Origin: Pseudomonas phage LUZ100
Sequence record: OP329100.1
DNA length: 37,343 nucleotides
Strand: one strand, 5' to 3'
In this document: positions 33,633 through 37,343 of the stretch, one piece after another
Numbering within the stretch: the stretch's first letter is position 1
Layout of the letters: each line of letters opens with the position of its first letter
Notes under the pieces: model-generated
What the model was told of the DNA's origin: nothing
The model's database searches: none
The model's input: only the letters and a program-made list of their open reading frames with translations
Made by a program: the position numbers and the translations under genes

Positions 33633-34043
33633 ATGTACTTCTACTCCCCAACAACAAAAGGGTTTTACCCAGCGGAGTTTGCCTCGAACTATAAAGAGGC
33701 TGATGCGTGGCCTAGCGATTGTGTTGAGGTCACGCTTGAAGAGCACCGTGCTCTTATTGAAGGCCAAAACGGTGAGACTGAGATCGCTTTCGATGCGACG
33801 CTAGGTAAGCCTGTTTTGAGGAAGCGGGTTCCGCCTCCCTTGGAGGAGCGGCGGGCCTTCATCGAACGGCAGCGTCGTAACGCCTACGCAGACCCTCAGA
33901 CGGGAAGCGACCGTCTTTTCGCTGAGGCAAACCGGATGCAGCTCACAGGCGAGACCGGATGGGAGGAGCTTCTGGAGAAAGCCAAGGCCCGCTACACGGA
34001 GATTAAGGAGACGCTCCCTTGGCCTTCGGAGGCTTCTGAATGA
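33633..34043 (+). CDS. Tail fiber assembly protein / chaperone (Tfa-like), 136 aa
   Basis: N-terminal MYFYSPTTKGFYPAEF...DCVEVTLEEHRALIEGQ matches the tail fiber assembly protein start pattern (Y-F-Y/S...GFY...V.V..eeh..L); low GC. Confidence 0.6.
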   Translation: MYFYSPTTKGFYPAEFASNYKEADAWPSDCVEVTLEEHRALIEGQNGETEIAFDATLGKPVLRKRVPPPLEERRAFIERQRRNAYADPQTGSDRLFAEANRMQLTGETGWEELLEKAKARYTEIKETLPWPSEASE

Positions 34044-34267
34044 CCGTCCGCCACGCTGCTGAGCAAGTCGCTCTCGTCACCACTCCCGTACCGGTGGGTG
34101 TCTCGGGCATGACTATGTTCGGGATCACCCTGCAGGACTGGGTGTTCATCGGCACCGCGATGCTGCTGGTGTTCCAGATCATCGTGTTCCTGCCCAAGGT
34201 ACGGGATGCCTTCAAATCCCTGTTCGGTAAGGAGAAACCCAATGACCGCACCGAAAGAGCTTCTTGA
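34040..34267 (+). CDS. Holin, T7 gp17.5-like (class II)
   Basis: PVPVGVSGMTMFGITLQDWVFIGTAMLLVFQI parallels T7 holin PIVGTGVADVSARLFFGLSLNEWFYVAAIAYTVVQI; canonical position before small terminase. Confidence 0.8.
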   Translation: MTVRHAAEQVALVTTPVPVGVSGMTMFGITLQDWVFIGTAMLLVFQIIVFLPKVRDAFKSLFGKEKPNDRTERAS

Positions 34268-34475
34268 GGCTCTCCATGCGGCGGTCGGTGAGAAGCTCCT
34301 GGCTCGCATCCAGTCTGGAGAGGCGACTGCCTCGGATTTCGCCCAGGCCATCAAGTTCTTGAAGGACAACGGCATCGAGGCAATCCCGACTGCCGGTAAC
34401 TCCCTGGAGCGACTGACCAATTCGTTGACCAGCCAGCTCCCGTTCACCGATCCCAACGATCCCGCATACCACTAA
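34242..34475 (+). CDS. Terminase small subunit (gp18-like), 77 aa
   Basis: RBS ggtaaggagaaacccaATG; position between holin and large terminase; helical small protein. Confidence 0.55.
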   Translation: MTAPKELLEALHAAVGEKLLARIQSGEATASDFAQAIKFLKDNGIEAIPTAGNSLERLTNSLTSQLPFTDPNDPAYH

Positions 34476-34510
34476 CCAAACCGCCTAGAAGGCCCGTAGA
34501 GCGTCTCCAG

Positions 34511-34532
34511 CAATCCACCAGTGCATAGGTAC
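34511..34532 (+). promoter_or_regulatory. B element copy 9 (CAATCCACCAGTGCATAGGTAC) upstream of the HNH and terminase genes
   Basis: Member of the B family. Confidence 0.4.
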
Positions 34533-34557
34533 AGGGTGGGTTCGCTGGCGGCGCTCT

Positions 34558-35010
34558 ATGCGTTTCTGTGGAGCTTACAGCCCTATGAAAATCTGTACCC
34601 AATGCAAACAAAACAAGCCCCTAGATGGATTTCATAAACACCCTAATGGCACTTACGGAGTGGCTTCAAAGTGCAAGGATTGCCTGAAGTTCGCTCATAG
34701 GAAGAAGTCAGTACACAAAGTCCTACTGAACAACGCAAAGAACAGGGCGCGTAATAGAGGTCTGGACTTTTCTCTGTCCAGCGAGTGGTTGGCGGCCAAG
34801 TTGGAGAAAGGAGTGTGTGAAGTAACCGGAATCAGGTTTGAAGGTTACTGCTCCTCGTTCGCCCCCTCCCTCGACAGGAAAGACCCTGCCAAAGGCTACA
34901 CCGAAGATAACACTCAAGTTGTCGTTTGGATTTATAACCGCTGCAAAAACAGCGGGAGTCATGAAGATGTACTCCGCATGGCTTTAGCTTTGTCTGGGGG
35001 TATCCACTGA
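34558..35010 (+). CDS. HNH endonuclease (possible alternative start at 34585)
   Basis: Cys-rich N-terminus (CTQCKQNKPLDGFHKH...CKDC) and HNH core PSLDRKDPAKGYTEDNTQVVVWIYNRCKN; markedly lower GC than its neighbours. Confidence 0.7.
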   Translation: MRFCGAYSPMKICTQCKQNKPLDGFHKHPNGTYGVASKCKDCLKFAHRKKSVHKVLLNNAKNRARNRGLDFSLSSEWLAAKLEKGVCEVTGIRFEGYCSSFAPSLDRKDPAKGYTEDNTQVVVWIYNRCKNSGSHEDVLRMALALSGGIH

Positions 35011-36704
35011 TGGATAGCAAAAAAGGTCACAAACTCCCAGAGGGGCACCCACTCTACGACTTTCGCAACTTCCTGTTCGTCGTGTGGGAGTTCCTGTGGA
35101 ATGCCGGGGCCATCACGGCAGCAAAGCCAGACCCCACCCCAATACAATACGACATCGCTCACTTCCTCCAGCACGGCCCTCGACGCAAGGTCATCGAGGC
35201 GTTCCGGGGGGTGGGCAAGAGCTGGATCACCTCGGCCTACGTCTGCTGGCGACTCCTGCTCGATCCCAACCTCAACTTCCTCGTGGTCTCGGCCTCGAAG
35301 GATCGCGCTGACCAGTTCTCGACGTTCACCAAGCGGCTGATCTTCGAGCTGCCCATCCTGGCCCACCTGCGGCCCAGGGACGGCCAACGCAACTCCAACA
35401 TCATGTTCGACGTTGGCCCGGCTGGTATCAGCCACTCCCCTTCCGTGAAGTCCGTGGGTATCACCGGCCAGCTCACTGGTAGCCGTGCTGACGAGATCAT
35501 CGCGGACGACGTTGAGTCTTTGAACAACTCGCTCACCCAGGTGATGCGCGACCAGCTCTCCGAGCGGATCAAGGAGTTCGACGCGATCATCAAGCCTGGT
35601 GGGCGCATCACGTTCCTGGGCACGCCTCAGACCGAGATGTCGATCTACAACCAGCTCACCGAGCGTGGCTACCAGATCCGCGTCTGGCCAGCTCGTATCC
35701 CAGAAGACCCCGACAAGTACCAGGGCCGTCTGGCTCCCTACATCATGGACATGATCGCCCGTGGTGCTAAGACCAGGGAGACCACCGATCCCAAGCGGTT
35801 CAGCTCGGAGGACTTGCTGGAGCGTGAAGCCTCCTACGGTCGATCCGGCTTCGCCCTGCAGTTCATGCTGGACACCAGCCTGAGCGACCAAGAGAAGTAC
35901 CCGCTGCGGCTACAAGACCTGATCGTCATGCCCCTGGATACCCGCATGGCCCCCGTGAAGGTGGTCTGGTCGTCTGGCCCGGAGTACGTCCTGAACGATG
36001 TCCCGTGTGTGGGCATGGGTGGTGATCGGTTCTACCGGCCCATGTGGACTGCCCAGGACATGGCCGAGTACACCGGCTCGGTGATGTTCATCGACCCGTC
36101 CGGTCGCGGTAAGGACGAGACCTCCTACGCGGTCGTGAAGATGCTCCACGGGTGGCTCTACTTGGTCGACTGCGGGGGTTTCACCGGGGGCTACAACGAC
36201 GAGACCCTCAAGAGCCTGTGCCTCGTGGCAGCCAAGCACTCGGTCAATCTGGTGCTGATCGAGCCCAACTTCGGTGACGGTATGTTCCTCGAACTCCTCA
36301 AGCCCTGGATGACTCGGTTCCACCCGGTCACCCTGGAGGAAGCCCCAAGGGCATCCATGCAGAAGGAGAAGCGGATCATCGACGTACTGGAGCCTGTGAT
36401 GAACCAGCACCGTCTGGTGATCGACAAGGCGCTCGTGAAGAAGGACTACGACTCAGCCCCTGATCCCAAGTACAGCCTGTTCTACCAGCTCACCCGAATC
36501 ACCAAGGACAAGGGCGCATTGATCCACGATGACCGCCTGGATGCGCTTGCAGGGGCCGTTGCGTACTGGGTGGAGCAGATGGGTAGGGATACCGAGAAAG
36601 CCGCTCAGAGCCACCGGGAGAGGCTCCTAGACGCTGAACTGCAGAAGTTCGCACGCAGCGTCCTGGGCTATTCGCCCCAGGCTGACACATGGATGGTTAT
36701 GTAG
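35010..36704 (+). CDS. Terminase large subunit (gp19-like)
   Basis: PDPTPIQYDIAHFLQHGPRRKVIEAFRGVGKSWITSAYVCW...LVVSASKDRADQFS parallels T7 gp19; ATPase Walker A/B then nuclease domain. Confidence 0.9.
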   Translation: MDSKKGHKLPEGHPLYDFRNFLFVVWEFLWNAGAITAAKPDPTPIQYDIAHFLQHGPRRKVIEAFRGVGKSWITSAYVCWRLLLDPNLNFLVVSASKDRADQFSTFTKRLIFELPILAHLRPRDGQRNSNIMFDVGPAGISHSPSVKSVGITGQLTGSRADEIIADDVESLNNSLTQVMRDQLSERIKEFDAIIKPGGRITFLGTPQTEMSIYNQLTERGYQIRVWPARIPEDPDKYQGRLAPYIMDMIARGAKTRETTDPKRFSSEDLLEREASYGRSGFALQFMLDTSLSDQEKYPLRLQDLIVMPLDTRMAPVKVVWSSGPEYVLNDVPCVGMGGDRFYRPMWTAQDMAEYTGSVMFIDPSGRGKDETSYAVVKMLHGWLYLVDCGGFTGGYNDETLKSLCLVAAKHSVNLVLIEPNFGDGMFLELLKPWMTRFHPVTLEEAPRASMQKEKRIIDVLEPVMNQHRLVIDKALVKKDYDSAPDPKYSLFYQLTRITKDKGALIHDDRLDALAGAVAYWVEQMGRDTEKAAQSHRERLLDAELQKFARSVLGYSPQADTWMVM

Positions 36705-36780
36705 AACATGGATGTGACTGAGGGGAGCAGGAGGCTCCTCTCGGTCTCTTTGCAAGATCGCTGCAAGATCGACGACGTTC

Positions 36781-36803
36781 AATTACCACACAGTTCTGGA
36801 GGA
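36781..36803 (+). promoter_or_regulatory. Phage RNAP promoter, family A copy 7 (AATTACCACACAGTTCT|GGAGGA), phiOR analogue at the right end
   Basis: Family A consensus; A-rich leader about 80% identical to the leader of copy 5. Confidence 0.6.
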
Positions 36804-36860
36804 AAGGGGAAAAAGAATAGGGAAAAACTTATTGATTACTTATAGATACAGACACTAGAT

Positions 36861-36962
36861 CCTCTGTCAGATGTCTGCTGCTTTCCCTCCACTGACCATG
36901 ATCATCATTGTCCATCCATCCAATCACTGACACCAGGGCTTCACCCTCTGTCAGTTGTCTGC
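36861..36962 (+). repeat. Right-end repeats: 18-mer cctctgtcagaTgtctgc / cctctgtcagtTgtctgc (36861-36878, 36945-36962)
   Basis: Two copies with one mismatch in the AT-rich region before the DTR; 11-bp tandem tgcaagatcg(c) x2 at 36751-36771. Confidence 0.5.
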
Positions 36963-37099
36963 AAGTCCCGCCTCAAGTCCTACCTCAAGCCTCCCATCAA
37001 GCCCAACCTAAACCCGACCTGACCCGTTGAATCGACGGGGCAGCTTCAGGGGAACCCCTTGGTTTTTGCCAAAAATGCGAGACGGTATAGCGCCAACCC

Positions 37100-37343
37100 T
37101 GGCCCTGGAGTTCCCCCCGGTGGGGTGGGCACCTGGTCTGCGAATCGAGGCCGGTGCCGGGGGCTGCCGGTGCTGGTCGGGGGGCTGGCGACACAAGCCA
37201 CGACACAAGATGCCCGCCAAGCCGCGCCGTTGCTGGGCTTGCGAGAGATTAGGAATCCATCGGCCTATCTAGTGGGCGCGCTACCGGGGCAATCCTGGGG
37301 CTTTCCTGGGCGTTCTAGTGGGCTGGCCTGGGGCTTGGCCTTG
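37100..37343. repeat. Right direct terminal repeat (DTR)
   Basis: Exact copy of bases 1-244. Confidence 0.9.

Noticed and set aside
1-37343. CRISPR arrays, transposases/IS elements, rRNA
   Set aside because: No regularly spaced direct repeats with unique spacers, no transposase-like ORFs or terminal inverted repeats, and no rRNA-like sequence. The only repeat families are the promoter-like A and B motifs and the DTR

Overview
The window is a complete genome of a T7-like podovirus (Autographiviridae-type), 37,343 bp, bounded by 244-bp direct terminal repeats (1-244 = 37100-37343). Almost all genes are on the + strand in the canonical T7 order. The layout is: a host-promoter-driven early region; a single-subunit RNA polymerase; the DNA metabolism module (SSB, endonuclease I, amidase, primase/helicase, DNA polymerase, exonuclease, and extras: KilA-N, ThyX-like, DUF3310-like, MazG); structural genes (gp6.7/gp7.3-like, portal, scaffold, capsid, tail tube A/B, internal core proteins, tail fiber); then holin, small terminase, an HNH endonuclease and large terminase. 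Unusual for a T7-like phage, the left arm carries a lysogeny-type module (MarR-like regulator, a complete tRNA-Leu(TAA) on the minus strand, a tyrosine integrase) placed upstream of the RNA polymerase gene and separated from it by hairpin terminators. Two conserved non-coding motif families stand out. Family A (7 copies, AATTACCACACAG-N4-GGARGA) looks like the phage RNA polymerase promoter and sits where T7 has phi1.1A/B, phi3.8, phi6.5, phi10 and phiOR. Family B (9 copies, ACTATCCACYAGCGCATAGG) has unclear function; its two left-end copies lie exactly in the spacers of consensus sigma70 promoters. Other notable points: spanins (with a small membrane protein) relocated between scaffold and capsid; a tRNA-Asn upstream of the capsid gene; a divergent ThyX; two GNAT-like proteins at the gp7 and gp13 positions; a mosaic low-GC tail fiber C-terminus with His-x-His repeats plus a tail fiber assembly chaperone; and a low-GC HNH endonuclease between the terminase subunits. 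Long minus-strand ORFs in the track are antisense artefacts of high-GC coding DNA.
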